The translations under genes and the position numbers were made by a program. Source: Escherichia coli (GTDB taxonomy: Bacteria; Pseudomonadota; Gammaproteobacteria; Enterobacterales; Enterobacteriaceae). From it: DNA of 64,000 bases. The stretch lies in assembly GCF_044324785.1 (NCBI RefSeq), contig NZ_CP172127.1. One strand, 5' to 3'. This document shows, one piece after another, positions 1 through 10,372 of this stretch; the first letter of the stretch is position 1; the number at the start of each line of letters is the position of its first letter. The notes beneath the pieces were generated by a model. The model was not told the origin of the DNA. It searched no databases and saw only the letters and a program-made list of their open reading frames with translations.

Positions 1-341
1 TGATGACCATCTTCCAGCTCAGTAGCATTTCGCCAAACGCGACCAAAGAGTTCGGTCTGGTTTCTTCCGTGTCGGTCATCTTTACACTGGTGCCATATCT
101 TTACACCTGTGCGGCGTTACTGCTGCTCGGCCACGGTCACTTTGGTAAAGCACGCCCGGCATATCTGGCAGTTACTACCATTGCCTTCCTCTACTGCATC
201 TGGGCCGTGGTGGGGTCCGGGGCGAAAGAGGTTATGTGGTCATTTGTCACCCTGATGGTCATCACCGCCATGTATGCGCTGAATTACAACCGGCTGCATA
301 AAAACCCGTATCCCTTAGATGCACCAATAAGCAAAGATTAA
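1..341 (+). CDS. adiC: Arginine:agmatine antiporter AdiC, C-terminal fragment (gene starts upstream of window)
   Basis: ORF 3..341 hydrophobic APC-transporter-like C-terminus; position immediately upstream of eptA matches E. coli synteny. Confidence 0.75.
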   Translation, partial: MTIFQLSSISPNATKEFGLVSSVSVIFTLVPYLYTCAALLLLGHGHFGKARPAYLAVTTIAFLYCIWAVVGSGAKEVMWSFVTLMVITAMYALNYNRLHKNPYPLDAPISKD

Positions 342-365
342 TTCCCCTTAATCCAGCAAACATAA

Positions 366-405
366 AAGCCAACCTTAAGAACTTAAGGTTGGCTTAATTT
401 TGCTT
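366..405 (+). terminator. Hairpin plus T-run downstream of adiC
   Basis: Inverted repeat aagccaacctt...aaggttggctt followed by aattttgcttt. Confidence 0.6.
382..398 (+). promoter_or_regulatory. Putative BasR/PmrA box (CTTAAG-N5-CTTAAT direct repeat) upstream of eptA
   Basis: cttaaggttggcttaat about 45 bp upstream of the eptA ATG; matches the YTTAAK-N5-YTTAAK PmrA half-site arrangement. Confidence 0.55.
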
Positions 406-444
406 TGCGAGCATATGCGCACTTTGTTCGATGGAAACACCGTG

Positions 445-2088
445 ATGTTGAAGCGCCTACTAAAAAGACCCTCTTTGAATTTACTCGCCTGGCTATTGTT
501 GGCCGCTTTTTATATCTCTATCTGCCTGAATATTGCCTTTTTTAAACAGGTGTTGCAGGCGCTGCCGCTGGACTCGCTGCATAACGTACTGGTTTTCTTG
601 TCGATGCCGGTCGTCGCTTTCAGCGTGATTAATATTGTCCTGACACTAAGCTCTTTCTTATGGCTTAATCGACCGCTGGCCTGCCTGTTTATTCTGGTCG
701 GCGCGGCTGCACAATATTTCATAATGACTTACGGCATCGTCATCGACCGCTCGATGATTGCCAATATTATTGATACCACTCCGGCAGAAAGTTATGCGTT
801 GATGACACCGCAAATGTTATTAACGCTGGGATTCAGCGGCGTGCTTGCTGCGCTGATTGCCTGCTGGATTAAAATCAAACCAGCCACCTCGCGCCTGCGC
901 AGTGTTCTTTTCCGTGGAGCCAATATTCTGGTTTCTGTACTGCTGATTTTGCTGGTCGCCGCACTGTTTTATAAAGACTACGCCTCGTTGTTTCGCAATA
1001 ACAAAGAGCTGGTGAAATCCTTAAGCCCCTCTAACAGCATTGTTGCCAGCTGGTCATGGTACTCCCATCAGCGACTGGCAAATCTGCCGCTGGTGCGAAT
1101 TGGTGAAGACGCGCACCGCAACCCATTAATGCAGAAAGAGAAACGTAAAAATTTGACCATCCTGATTGTCGGCGAAACCTCGCGGGCGGAGAACTTCTCC
1201 CTCAATGGCTATCCGCGTGAAACTAACCCGCGGCTGGCAAAAGATAACGTGGTCTATTTCCCTAATACCGCATCTTGCGGCACGGCAACGGCAGTTTCAG
1301 TACCGTGCATGTTCTCGGATATGCCGCGTGAGCACTACAAAGAAGAGCTGGCACAGCACCAGGAAGGCGTGCTGGATATCATTCAGCGAGCGGGCATCAA
1401 CGTGCTGTGGAATGACAACGATGGCGGCTGTAAAGGTGCCTGCGACCGCGTGCCTCACCAGAACGTCACCGCGCTGAATCTGCCTGGTCAGTGCATCAAC
1501 GGCGAATGCTATGACGAAGTGCTGTTCCACGGGCTGGAAGAGTACATCAATAACCTGCAGGGTGATGGCGTGATTGTCTTACACACCATCGGCAGCCACG
1601 GTCCGACCTATTACAACCGCTATCCGCCGCAGTTCAGGAAATTTACCCCAACCTGCGACACTAACGAGATCCAGACCTGTACCAAAGAGCAACTGGTGAA
1701 CACTTACGACAACACGCTGGTTTACGTCGACTATATTGTTGATAAAGCGATTAATCTGCTGAAAGAACATCAGGATAAATTCACCACCAGCCTGGTTTAT
1801 CTTTCTGACCACGGTGAGTCGTTAGGTGAAAATGGCATCTATCTGCACGGTCTGCCTTATGCCATCGCCCCGGATAGCCAAAAACAGGTGCCGATGCTGC
1901 TGTGGCTGTCGGAGGATTATCAAAAACGGTATCAGGTTGACCAGAACTGCCTGCAAAAACAGGCGCAAACGCAACACTATTCACAAGATAATTTATTCTC
2001 CACGCTATTGGGATTAACTGGCGTTGAGACGAAGTATTACCAGGCTGCGGATGATATTCTGCAAACTTGCAGGAGAGTGAGTGAATGA
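445..2088 (+). CDS. eptA: Phosphoethanolamine transferase EptA (PmrC), lipid A modification
   Basis: 547-aa product from ATG 445 ([18 protein letters not shown]...), N-terminal TM helices plus sulfatase-like domain; 4-bp overlap with basR. Confidence 0.92.
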   Translation: MLKRLLKRPSLNLLAWLLLAAFYISICLNIAFFKQVLQALPLDSLHNVLVFLSMPVVAFSVINIVLTLSSFLWLNRPLACLFILVGAAAQYFIMTYGIVIDRSMIANIIDTTPAESYALMTPQMLLTLGFSGVLAALIACWIKIKPATSRLRSVLFRGANILVSVLLILLVAALFYKDYASLFRNNKELVKSLSPSNSIVASWSWYSHQRLANLPLVRIGEDAHRNPLMQKEKRKNLTILIVGETSRAENFSLNGYPRETNPRLAKDNVVYFPNTASCGTATAVSVPCMFSDMPREHYKEELAQHQEGVLDIIQRAGINVLWNDNDGGCKGACDRVPHQNVTALNLPGQCINGECYDEVLFHGLEEYINNLQGDGVIVLHTIGSHGPTYYNRYPPQFRKFTPTCDTNEIQTCTKEQLVNTYDNTLVYVDYIVDKAINLLKEHQDKFTTSLVYLSDHGESLGENGIYLHGLPYAIAPDSQKQVPMLLWLSEDYQKRYQVDQNCLQKQAQTQHYSQDNLFSTLLGLTGVETKYYQAADDILQTCRRVSE

Positions 2089-2753
2089 AAATTCTGATTG
2101 TTGAAGACGATACGCTGTTATTGCAGGGATTGATTCTGGCGGCGCAAACCGAAGGCTACGCGTGCGATGGCGTGACAACCGCGCGGATGGCGGAACAAAG
2201 CCTTGAGGCCGGTCATTACAGCCTGGTGGTACTGGATTTAGGGTTACCCGACGAAGATGGACTGCATTTTCTCGCCCGTATCCGGCAGAAAAAATACACC
2301 CTGCCGGTACTGATCCTCACCGCTCGCGATACGCTGGCCGACAAAATCGCCGGGCTGGATGTCGGTGCCGATGACTATCTGGTGAAGCCTTTTGCGCTGG
2401 AAGAGTTACACGCCCGTATCCGCGCCCTGCTACGACGCCATAATAATCAGGGCGAAAGTGAGCTGATTGTTGGCAATCTGACGCTGAATATGGGTCGCCG
2501 TCAGGTCTGGATGGGCGGTGAAGAGTTGATTCTGACGCCCAAAGAATATGCTCTGCTGTCACGGTTAATGCTCAAAGCAGGCAGTCCGGTGCATCGGGAA
2601 ATTCTCTACAACGACATCTATAACTGGGACAATGAACCCTCGACTAACACCCTGGAAGTGCATATCCACAATCTACGCGACAAAGTGGGCAAAGCCCGTA
2701 TCCGCACCGTGCGCGGATTTGGCTATATGCTGGTCGCGAATGAGGAAAACTAA
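2085..2753 (+). CDS. basR: Two-component response regulator BasR (PmrA)
   Basis: 222 aa, MKILIVEDD receiver domain plus OmpR-type winged helix C-terminus. Confidence 0.93.
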   Translation: MKILIVEDDTLLLQGLILAAQTEGYACDGVTTARMAEQSLEAGHYSLVVLDLGLPDEDGLHFLARIRQKKYTLPVLILTARDTLADKIAGLDVGADDYLVKPFALEELHARIRALLRRHNNQGESELIVGNLTLNMGRRQVWMGGEELILTPKEYALLSRLMLKAGSPVHREILYNDIYNWDNEPSTNTLEVHIHNLRDKVGKARIRTVRGFGYMLVANEEN

Positions 2754-2762
2754 TTGAATTTG

Positions 2763-3854
2763 ATGCGTTTTCTGCGCAGACCAATATCGCTGCGCCAACG
2801 GCTGATATTGACCATCGGGGCCATTTTGTTGGTGTTTGAGCTGATCAGCGTCTTCTGGCTATGGCATGAAAGTACCGAGCAGATTCAGCTGTTTGAGCAG
2901 GCGCTACGCGACAATCGCAACAACGATCGCCACATCATGCGTGAGATCCGCGAGGCGGTCGCCAGCCTGATTGTCCCCGGCGTCTTTATGGTCAGCCTGA
3001 CGCTATTTATCTGCTATCAGGCGGTACGCCGCATCACCCGGCCGCTGGCGGAGCTGCAAAAAGAGCTGGAAGCGCGCACCGCCGACAATTTAACGCCTAT
3101 TGCCATTCACAGTGCCACCCTCGAAATCGAAGCGGTGGTTTCGGCGTTAAACGATCTGGTCAGTCGCCTGACCAGCACGCTGGATAACGAAAGGTTGTTT
3201 ACCGCTGACGTCGCGCACGAACTGCGAACGCCACTGGCGGGGGTGCGTTTGCATCTGGAACTGCTGGCGAAAACGCATCACATTGATGTAGCACCGTTAG
3301 TGGCACGGCTTGATCAGATGATGGAGAGTGTCTCCCAGCTACTGCAACTGGCGCGTGCCGGACAGTCATTTTCTTCCGGGAATTATCAACATGTAAAACT
3401 GCTGGAAGATGTCATTCTCCCCTCGTATGACGAACTCAGTACCATGCTCGACCAGCGCCAGCAAACCCTGCTATTGCCAGAGAGCGCCGCCGACATCACC
3501 GTTCAGGGTGATGCAACCCTGCTGCGGATGTTATTGCGAAACCTGGTAGAAAATGCCCATCGTTACAGCCCGCAAGGCAGCAACATTATGATTAAGCTGC
3601 AAGAAGATGGCGGAGCGGTCATGGCCGTTGAAGATGAAGGACCGGGTATTGATGAGAGTAAATGCGGGGAGTTGAGTAAAGCGTTTGTACGTATGGACAG
3701 CCGTTATGGCGGGATTGGTCTGGGGTTAAGTATTGTCAGCCGCATTACACAGTTGCATCACGGGCAGTTTTTCCTGCAAAACCGGCAAGAAACTTCCGGC
3801 ACGCGGGCCTGGGTACGGCTGAAGAAAGATCAGAACGTGGCAAACCAGATATAA
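2763..3854 (+). CDS. basS: Sensor histidine kinase BasS (PmrB)
   Basis: 363 aa from ATG 2763; TM segments, H-box ADVAHELRTPL, ATPase G-boxes. Confidence 0.9.
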   Translation: MRFLRRPISLRQRLILTIGAILLVFELISVFWLWHESTEQIQLFEQALRDNRNNDRHIMREIREAVASLIVPGVFMVSLTLFICYQAVRRITRPLAELQKELEARTADNLTPIAIHSATLEIEAVVSALNDLVSRLTSTLDNERLFTADVAHELRTPLAGVRLHLELLAKTHHIDVAPLVARLDQMMESVSQLLQLARAGQSFSSGNYQHVKLLEDVILPSYDELSTMLDQRQQTLLLPESAADITVQGDATLLRMLLRNLVENAHRYSPQGSNIMIKLQEDGGAVMAVEDEGPGIDESKCGELSKAFVRMDSRYGGIGLGLSIVSRITQLHHGQFFLQNRQETSGTRAWVRLKKDQNVANQI

Positions 3855-3919
3855 AGAAAGCTGCTGACCACCAGCACGCTGAACACGGTAGTTAAACTTT
3901 CATAAACACGGTTTTTCAT
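3830..3919 (-). CDS. pmrR: Small membrane protein PmrR (29 aa), antisense-overlapping the basS 3' end
   Basis: Reverse strand reads atgaaaaaccgtgtttatgaa... = MKNRVYESLTTVFSVLVVSSFLYIWFATF*; below the 60-aa ORF-track cutoff. Confidence 0.7.
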   Translation of the reverse strand: MKNRVYESLTTVFSVLVVSSFLYIWFATF

Positions 3920-3988
3920 TGCACTCTCCTCCGTTAACCTGGAGGAGAGTATGCGCGTCAGAGATTAAGTGAACCTTAAGAGTTCAAT

Positions 3989-4018
3989 TGGCCTGATAAG
4001 ACAGCGTCACATCAGGCC
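3989..4018. repeat. REP-like palindrome / bidirectional terminator between basS and proP
   Basis: ggcctgataagacagcgtcacatcaggcc inverted repeat. Confidence 0.6.
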
Positions 4019-4030
4019 ATCCGTTTCAGC

Positions 4031-5533
4031 TTATTCATCAATTCGCGGATGTTGCTGCACCAGGCGGGTACGTTTCGCCTGCAAATCGGCAATCTCGTGG
4101 TCAATATCATCGATTTTCTGCTCGATATTATCGTAATGCTCGACGAGAATTTCCTTCGCTTCCTGTATATCTGACGCCGCCGGTGTCGCACCTTTCAACG
4201 GACGATTCGCCGTCTCTTTCATGGTTACGCCGGTGATTAAACCAACCACCGCCACTACCATCAGGTAATAGGCAGGCATCATCAGATTCTGCGAGCTTTC
4301 GACCAGCCAGGCCGCCAGTGTTGGCGTCAGACCGGCAACCAGCACCGAAATATTAAATGCCGCCGCCAGCGCGCTGTAACGGATATGCGTCGGGAACATC
4401 GCTGGCAAGGTAGAAGCCATAACGCCCGTAAAGCAGTTAAGGATCACCGCCAGCATCAGTAACCCGGCAAAAATCAGGCCGATGACGTTACTGTTAATCA
4501 GAATAAACGCCGGGATCGCCAACACAAACAGTGCAACACTACCAAGTAGCACAAACGGACGACGGCCAAAACGGTCACTCAGCAAGCCCATCACCGGCTG
4601 GACAAACAGCATACCGATCATAATGGCGATAATAATCAGCACCCCGTGGTCTTCGGAGTAATGCAGGTTATGCGACAAATAACTCGGCATATAGGTCAGC
4701 AACATGTAGTAAGTCACGTTGGTGGCAATTACCAGACCAATACATGTCAACAGGCTGCGCCAGTGTTTGGTGGCAATCTCTTTAAACGAGACTTTCGGGC
4801 CATCCTGCAAACCTTCGCGGTCGCCCTGCTCCAGTTTATCAACATGCTGCTGGAACGCCGGGGTCTCTTCCAGCGCATGGCGCAGGTAAAGCCCGATAAT
4901 CCCTAACGGCAGAGCAATAAAGAACGGAATACGCCAGCCCCAGTCGAGGAAGTTCGCTTCGCCGACAATGGTCGAAATTAACACCACCACGCCCGCACCC
5001 AGCACAAACCCGGCAATAGAACCGAAGTCCAGCCAGCTGCCCATAAAGCCACGTTTACGGTCAGGGGAGTATTCCGCAACAAATATCGACGCCCCGGTAT
5101 ATTCACCGCCGACCGAGAAACCTTGTGCCATCTTACAGATCAACAGCAGAATCGGTGCCCAAATACCAATCGTGTCGTAGGACGGTATTAAGCCAATACA
5201 GAACGTACTGATCGACATAATCACAATAGTGATAGCGAGGATCTTCTGGCGACCATATTTATCGCCCAACATACCAAAGAAGAGCCCGCCAAGCGGTCGA
5301 ATCAGAAAGGGAACGGAGAAAGTGGCAAGTGCAGCAACCATCTGCACGCTGGGGTCAGCCCCCGGGAAAAAAACTTTACCTAATGCGTAAGCAACAAAAC
5401 CATAAACACCAAAATCGAACCATTCCATTGCATTACCCAGTGATGCTGCGGTAATGGCTTTACGCAGTTTACCGTCATCAATAATGGTGACATCACGAAG
5501 GGTAATCGGTTTTACTTTTTTCCTTTTCAGCAT
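4031..5533 (-). CDS. proP: Proline/glycine betaine:proton symporter ProP (MFS osmosensor)
   Basis: 500 aa from ATG at 5533 (MLKRKKVKPITLRDV...), 12-TM MFS with C-terminal coiled coil (IDDIDHEIADLQAKRTRLVQQHPRIDE). Confidence 0.92.
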   Translation of the reverse strand: MLKRKKVKPITLRDVTIIDDGKLRKAITAASLGNAMEWFDFGVYGFVAYALGKVFFPGADPSVQMVAALATFSVPFLIRPLGGLFFGMLGDKYGRQKILAITIVIMSISTFCIGLIPSYDTIGIWAPILLLICKMAQGFSVGGEYTGASIFVAEYSPDRKRGFMGSWLDFGSIAGFVLGAGVVVLISTIVGEANFLDWGWRIPFFIALPLGIIGLYLRHALEETPAFQQHVDKLEQGDREGLQDGPKVSFKEIATKHWRSLLTCIGLVIATNVTYYMLLTYMPSYLSHNLHYSEDHGVLIIIAIMIGMLFVQPVMGLLSDRFGRRPFVLLGSVALFVLAIPAFILINSNVIGLIFAGLLMLAVILNCFTGVMASTLPAMFPTHIRYSALAAAFNISVLVAGLTPTLAAWLVESSQNLMMPAYYLMVVAVVGLITGVTMKETANRPLKGATPAASDIQEAKEILVEHYDNIEQKIDDIDHEIADLQAKRTRLVQQHPRIDE

Positions 5534-5796
5534 AGCTTTCCTCGCAGAGTTGGCCCATTTCCGCAAACGCCAGAAAAATCAGCGCGACGGCCGCAAAAGG
5601 GGAGCGGGAATTGCAGGATGCAATCTCTGTAACAAGCGTAGCGGGTTTGCTTACACCCTCCGGTTAAGGAATGTACAATCAAACCAGTTGACGCCTGAAT
5701 TGGGCAGTTAATGACCTTTTTACCCTACCAGTGTTTAAATTTGTGATCAACTTCACATATGGATTTCGTTTAGGACTCATTGATGTAACTGATTAT

Positions 5797-6675
5797 TTAC
5801 ACCAAATTTACAGAGAAGATTTCCTCGACCATTGCCCCCGCCAGACGCTGCGCTGAACAGAGTCGTGGCATCCCCAGCGCGACAGTTTGCCAGCGTTGGG
5901 TCACTGACCAGCAAACGGGTTGTTTATCTGCCGTGGTCCACTTTCCCAGCCAACTTAAAAAATCAGCATGATCCCCGCCCGTCGGAACGGTCGAAGAGGC
6001 AAACCACTGATGGTAATAGTGACGCGTGGTCGGGGCCGCATTGATACTCTCTGCCAAATGTTGTGTCGCTTTCTCGCGCAAATCACCCAGCAACAACGCC
6101 ACCGCTTGCGGGCTTCCCAGACGGCAGGCATCGCCAAATGCCCCCCAGCGCAACTCCTCCAGAACGATAAAACAGCGCCCAGGCAACGACCAGGCGTTAT
6201 ACGCCCCAGCACGCCAGCGGGTAAAAATTTGCTCGCTCTGATCACCTGCCTGCACCAGTAGGCCTCGTTGCGTTAACGCCTTTTCCTTCCAGCGACAACG
6301 GGCTGAAAACCACTCATACAAGGCGGCAATTTGCTGGGGGAGCTCCGGGAAAGCAGAGTGCTGGCGGTGATCCATTTTTTGCAGCAGCGCCAGATGCTGC
6401 GCGATCTGCGTCAGTGCCAGATGACCGGGATCCAGCATCGACGCCAGTTTTTCCACCAATGTCAGACGCAGGCTAAGCGGCGCATTTAACATGCCGCCGT
6501 TCGTCCATGTCTGAAGCTGCACGCGCGCAAGAAGTTCCTGCATCAGTCGTTCACGAAACTGCTGCTGATGGGCTTGTGGAAGGCGGGCATCATCGCCCTG
6601 CGCCAAATCCACTAAAAAGCGGGGATAAACCGACTCCAGCACGCGACCGGGGCCGTCAAGTAACGTCTTGGTCAA
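5797..6675 (-). CDS. yjcZ: Uncharacterised protein YjcZ, cotranscribed with crfC
   Basis: 292-aa ORF, 4-bp start/stop overlap with upstream crfC. Confidence 0.8.
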   Translation of the reverse strand: MTKTLLDGPGRVLESVYPRFLVDLAQGDDARLPQAHQQQFRERLMQELLARVQLQTWTNGGMLNAPLSLRLTLVEKLASMLDPGHLALTQIAQHLALLQKMDHRQHSAFPELPQQIAALYEWFSARCRWKEKALTQRGLLVQAGDQSEQIFTRWRAGAYNAWSLPGRCFIVLEELRWGAFGDACRLGSPQAVALLLGDLREKATQHLAESINAAPTTRHYYHQWFASSTVPTGGDHADFLSWLGKWTTADKQPVCWSVTQRWQTVALGMPRLCSAQRLAGAMVEEIFSVNLV

Positions 6676-8900
6676 TATCGTTCTGCCGTGAAAAGTGTTT
6701 GAATATCATCGCGTAACAGCTGGGCGTCGGTGTAAATCCAGCCGTGAGTCATCACAGCCTGCTGCAATTGCTGCTGCATCAGCCTGACCACCGATTCATT
6801 TTGTTGACGCAGAGCCAGGCTTTCGCGTAAACGCGTCTGTAATTCCGTCAAACATGAAGCGAACTCAGCGAAAAAAGTATTCATGCCTGCCGTAACAGAT
6901 TCATCGACCTGCTCTGCCAGAACTTTAGCCATTTGTTGGCAATAAAGATCGACTTCTGCGCTTAATGCTCGTTGCAACACACTGTAATCAACCGTCTCTG
7001 TCGGGGATTTCTCATTTCCCCGTCCCCAGTCGGGCTGATTCAACCAGCGCGAAAAAGTCTCACGCACAACGCCTAAACGCGTGCTCTGCTCGTCCGTTGC
7101 TTCCTGGCGCGAAATGACTTCACTGAACAGCTGGCGAGTGTTGAAGTGGGGAACTACGCCGTGAAAAACAGGAAAATGAAACCCAGGACGAAACCCTGAC
7201 TCGCTCAATTCCATTTTGATTTGTTGCTCAATGGGGCGAATAACATCGGTTAACACCCGGCAAAGGGTGGATTCCAGCTCGGCAAAACGCAGCGTAAAGT
7301 CGCGACTGATGGTGTTCTGCGCCGTCTGTAACAGTGTCTCACAGCGGGTACGAATCTCGCTTAACGGCTCCGAATCATCCTGAAACAAGGCGGCTAACTG
7401 CGCATTCAGCGCATCTTGCTGTTGACGCAGAAAGTGGTTGGCGGAGGTCAGGGCCAGCTCGATTTCATGTTTAATCTCGCCGCTCACCTGCGCCTGATTG
7501 AGTTGCAATAGCTGCAAACTTTCTTCGATCTGATGGATATTTTGCCGCAATTGTTCACAAGCGACGTTTAACCCGTGCGCACGAAAATCCAGGTATTCCC
7601 GCGCCTGCTGCGCGTAATTCAACAGTTTATGCGCGGCAGATCGCAGAGCATACAACGAGGCGTTAGCGTAAGCGGCATGAAGCAACGCCTGAATTGGCTG
7701 GGCGAACAGCGAATCTTCCCACAACTGATCGGCAGCATGACGAATATGTTCGAGGTCCGCCAGATCGGCATGACGCCAGCGCCTGCCGAGCGCGGCATGG
7801 GCAAAATCTTCCACCCAGCGTTGTTGCTCTGGCGGTGGTAACTTACCGTTGTTGGCTAACTCATTGCGCGCCCGATTCGCCAGGTAGCCCCACATCGACG
7901 ACACCGGAAATATCTGCTGTGGCGTAATACAGCCTTTCATCAGCGTCCCGGAAATCAGTGCCCGCACCTGGTCGGCGTCGTCACTGTTACGATCCTGTTG
8001 ATCGAACTTATTGACCAGCACATACAGCGGCACCGATTGCCCCACCGCCAAAATCGCCTCACGGACCTCTTCATCGGAGATCGATTTCAGTTGCGTATAA
8101 TCCAGCACCGCCAGTACCGCCGAGGCGCGTGCCAGCTGCTGGTTAAGCATTTTTTGCAGATGCGGTTGCCCGGCTTCATTTGGCCCAGGGGTATCCAGTA
8201 ACGTCAACTGACCGGGATAACTCTCCAGCCCCGCCAGATGGACAAACTCCACTTCAATCACGGGAATATGCTCAATGGCGGCGTAAGCAGAAAAAGGAAA
8301 ATCGACGTCCAGCGCCTTCGCCAATCGCACCAAATCATTCAAACTTTTCAGACAATGAAAAATAGGCTGGGCACCCAGATAATATTTTTCGAAAGCGACG
8401 CCATTTTCGATCCGCTGCATAAGCGCACGCATATCTTTATCTATTTCCAGCACATCGGTCAGATGCTTAATATCGCAATCACGCAGGCGCTGTTGTAATT
8501 TTTGAATTAAACAATCGATTGGCGCGACATGTGAAAAATGCAGTACCGGTTCCTTTTGCCCGGGCGTATGGCGAATAAGTGTCGGCAGCGCAGTCATTGG
8601 GCGATTACGATTAGGCAAAACCTCCGTACCAACAATGGCATTAATGGTGGTTGATTTCCCTGCTTTCATGGTACCGACAATCGCCAGCACCATTTCCAGT
8701 CGGGAAATTTTACGCAACTCATTATTCAGCATCGCGTGACGTTCGGCGATATTAGGCTGACTCCAGGGTAAAGCCAGTTGTGGCGCATCGTCTCCGGGGA
8801 CAGAGAGAGGCATTTTTTCCAGTAACTGCAACTGTTGGCGAGAAAGCTGTAACAGGCGTTCAGCCTCCTGACTTAACTCATACAGGGTCTGTGTGTACAT
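6672..8900 (-). CDS. crfC: Dynamin-like GTPase CrfC (YjdA)
   Basis: 742 aa; P-loop GTMKAGKST near N-terminus, long coiled-coil C-terminal region. Confidence 0.85.
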   Translation of the reverse strand: MYTQTLYELSQEAERLLQLSRQQLQLLEKMPLSVPGDDAPQLALPWSQPNIAERHAMLNNELRKISRLEMVLAIVGTMKAGKSTTINAIVGTEVLPNRNRPMTALPTLIRHTPGQKEPVLHFSHVAPIDCLIQKLQQRLRDCDIKHLTDVLEIDKDMRALMQRIENGVAFEKYYLGAQPIFHCLKSLNDLVRLAKALDVDFPFSAYAAIEHIPVIEVEFVHLAGLESYPGQLTLLDTPGPNEAGQPHLQKMLNQQLARASAVLAVLDYTQLKSISDEEVREAILAVGQSVPLYVLVNKFDQQDRNSDDADQVRALISGTLMKGCITPQQIFPVSSMWGYLANRARNELANNGKLPPPEQQRWVEDFAHAALGRRWRHADLADLEHIRHAADQLWEDSLFAQPIQALLHAAYANASLYALRSAAHKLLNYAQQAREYLDFRAHGLNVACEQLRQNIHQIEESLQLLQLNQAQVSGEIKHEIELALTSANHFLRQQQDALNAQLAALFQDDSEPLSEIRTRCETLLQTAQNTISRDFTLRFAELESTLCRVLTDVIRPIEQQIKMELSESGFRPGFHFPVFHGVVPHFNTRQLFSEVISRQEATDEQSTRLGVVRETFSRWLNQPDWGRGNEKSPTETVDYSVLQRALSAEVDLYCQQMAKVLAEQVDESVTAGMNTFFAEFASCLTELQTRLRESLALRQQNESVVRLMQQQLQQAVMTHGWIYTDAQLLRDDIQTLFTAERY

Positions 8901-9223
8901 AAAAAATTCTTCCTTAAAGCAAATTTTGTTACTTTTATTTAGCCAGATTGTTTTTGAGTTCTGTTTTCGGCTTTTATAATTACTGCAAGAAATAATTTTA
9001 TATTTAGCGTGTTGTTTTTTATTAGAATAAATAACGTCTTCCGATACGTTTAAAACGTCAGAAAGATAAAAATATCATTTGAATTAAAAAAAGAACAAGT
9101 AGAGCATTAACCTTATCTTAAATAATAAATGGAGGCAAAAAGATTATTTTCTTTTTGCGTTTCCTTTCAAATGAAAACGATCGTCGTCTAAAATCAGCAG
9201 TACCCCCGACAAACTCAGGGATT

Positions 9224-9236
9224 TTGTGTATAATTG
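9224..9236 (+). promoter_or_regulatory. Extended -10 promoter element (TGTGTATAAT) for phnA
   Basis: ttttgtgtataattg about 65 bp upstream of the phnA ATG within an AT-rich divergent intergenic region. Confidence 0.45.
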
Positions 9237-9301
9237 CGGCCTTTTTCGGCAATCTGCCGTTTTTTGGCGCTTTTGCCCTGCTGACTTTTGAGGAAATCCA
9301 C

Positions 9302-9637
9302 ATGTCATTACCACACTGCCCAAAATGCAACTCCGAATACACCTACGAAGATAACGGCATGTACATCTGCCCGGAATGTGCCTACGAATGGAACGACGCA
9401 GAACCTGCACAGGAAAGCGACGAGCTGATCGTTAAAGATGCTAACGGCAATCTGCTGGCTGACGGCGACAGCGTTACCATCATTAAAGATCTGAAGGTGA
9501 AAGGTAGCTCTTCCATGCTGAAAATTGGCACCAAAGTGAAAAACATCCGCCTGGTTGAAGGCGACCATAACATCGATTGCAAAATCGACGGTTTTGGTCC
9601 GATGAAACTGAAATCTGAGTTTGTGAAAAAGAACTGA
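9302..9637 (+). CDS. phnA: Zinc-ribbon protein PhnA (YjdM)
   Basis: 111 aa, [30 protein letters not shown] with CxxC...CxxC; internal Met of the longer ORF 9155..9637. Confidence 0.9.
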
Positions 9638-9653
9638 TTGTATTGTGATCGGT

Positions 9654-9735
9654 AAGCCGGATAAGGCGCTCGCGCCGCATCCGGCAACGATGCCGACAGC
9701 CTGATGCGACGCTGACCGCGTCTTATCAGGCTTCC
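9654..9735. repeat. REP/BIME palindromic repeat cluster
   Basis: gccggataaggcgctcgcgccgcatccggca ... gcgacgctgaccgcgtcttatcaggc. Confidence 0.8.
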
Positions 9736-9796
9736 CTCTCATCTGTATAAATTTCGAACTACACTTAACTGGCTTCTCTTAACTGAGGTCACCATC

Positions 9797-10240
9797 ATGC
9801 CGTTAAGTCCCTACCTCTCTTTTGCCGGTAACTGTGCCGACGCAATTGCTTATTATCAACGTACGTTGGGCGCTGAACTGCTCTATAAAATCAGCTTCGG
9901 CGAAATGCCAAAATCAGCGCAGGACAGCGCCGAGAACTGCCCTTCCGGAATGCAATTTCCCGATACCGCCATCGCCCACGCCAATGTGCGCATTGCCGGA
10001 AGCGATATCATGATGAGCGATGCTATACCGTCAGGAAAAGCCAGCTACTCCGGCTTTACGCTGGTGCTCGATTCGCAACAGGTCGAAGAAGGGAAACGCT
10101 GGTTTGACAATCTTGCCGCCAACGGAAAAATCGAAATGGCCTGGCAGGAAACTTTCTGGGCGCATGGCTTCGGCAAAGTCACCGATAAATTTGGCGTACC
10201 GTGGATGATTAATGTCGTCAAACAACAACCAACGCACTAA
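9797..10240 (+). CDS. phnB: Glyoxalase/bleomycin-resistance-fold protein PhnB (YjdN)
   Basis: 147-aa ORF; position between phnA and phnC. Confidence 0.85.
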   Translation: MPLSPYLSFAGNCADAIAYYQRTLGAELLYKISFGEMPKSAQDSAENCPSGMQFPDTAIAHANVRIAGSDIMMSDAIPSGKASYSGFTLVLDSQQVEEGKRWFDNLAANGKIEMAWQETFWAHGFGKVTDKFGVPWMINVVKQQPTH

Positions 10241-10266
10241 CCCGCCGGGAGGGCCGCCCTCCCGCA
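10241..10266 (+). terminator. GC-rich hairpin after phnB
   Basis: ccgggagggccgccctcccg inverted repeat. Confidence 0.5.
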
Positions 10267-10298
10267 CTGTCATCGAAATCTCGTTAACTCTTCATCCG

Positions 10299-10327
10299 TT
10301 AGTCACTTTTAGTTAACAAAATCGTCA
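10299..10327 (+). promoter_or_regulatory. Pho boxes (PhoB-binding 7-bp direct repeats at 11-bp periodicity) of the phnC promoter
   Basis: TTAGTCA-cttt-TAGTTAA-caaa-ATCGTCA, followed by AT-rich -10-like aataat, about 45 bp upstream of phnC. Confidence 0.6.
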
Positions 10328-10372
10328 CAATAATCCGCCACGATGGAGCCACTTTTTTAGGGAGGCTGCATC

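Noticed and set aside
8901-9301. Small ORFs (for example 9118..9342 -, 9144..9410 -) in the AT-rich crfC-phnA intergenic region
   Set aside because: Lys/Arg/Phe-rich translations typical of AT-rich non-coding DNA, overlapping each other and the phnA promoter; no RBS.
9654-9735. REP/BIME clusters (also near 12210, 17525, 32311, 42777, 61483) as possible CRISPR repeats or mobile-element ends
   Set aside because: They are imperfect palindromes of the gccggatg / cttatccggc family at gene 3' ends with no regular spacers, no cas genes and no transposase; ordinary enterobacterial REP sequences.
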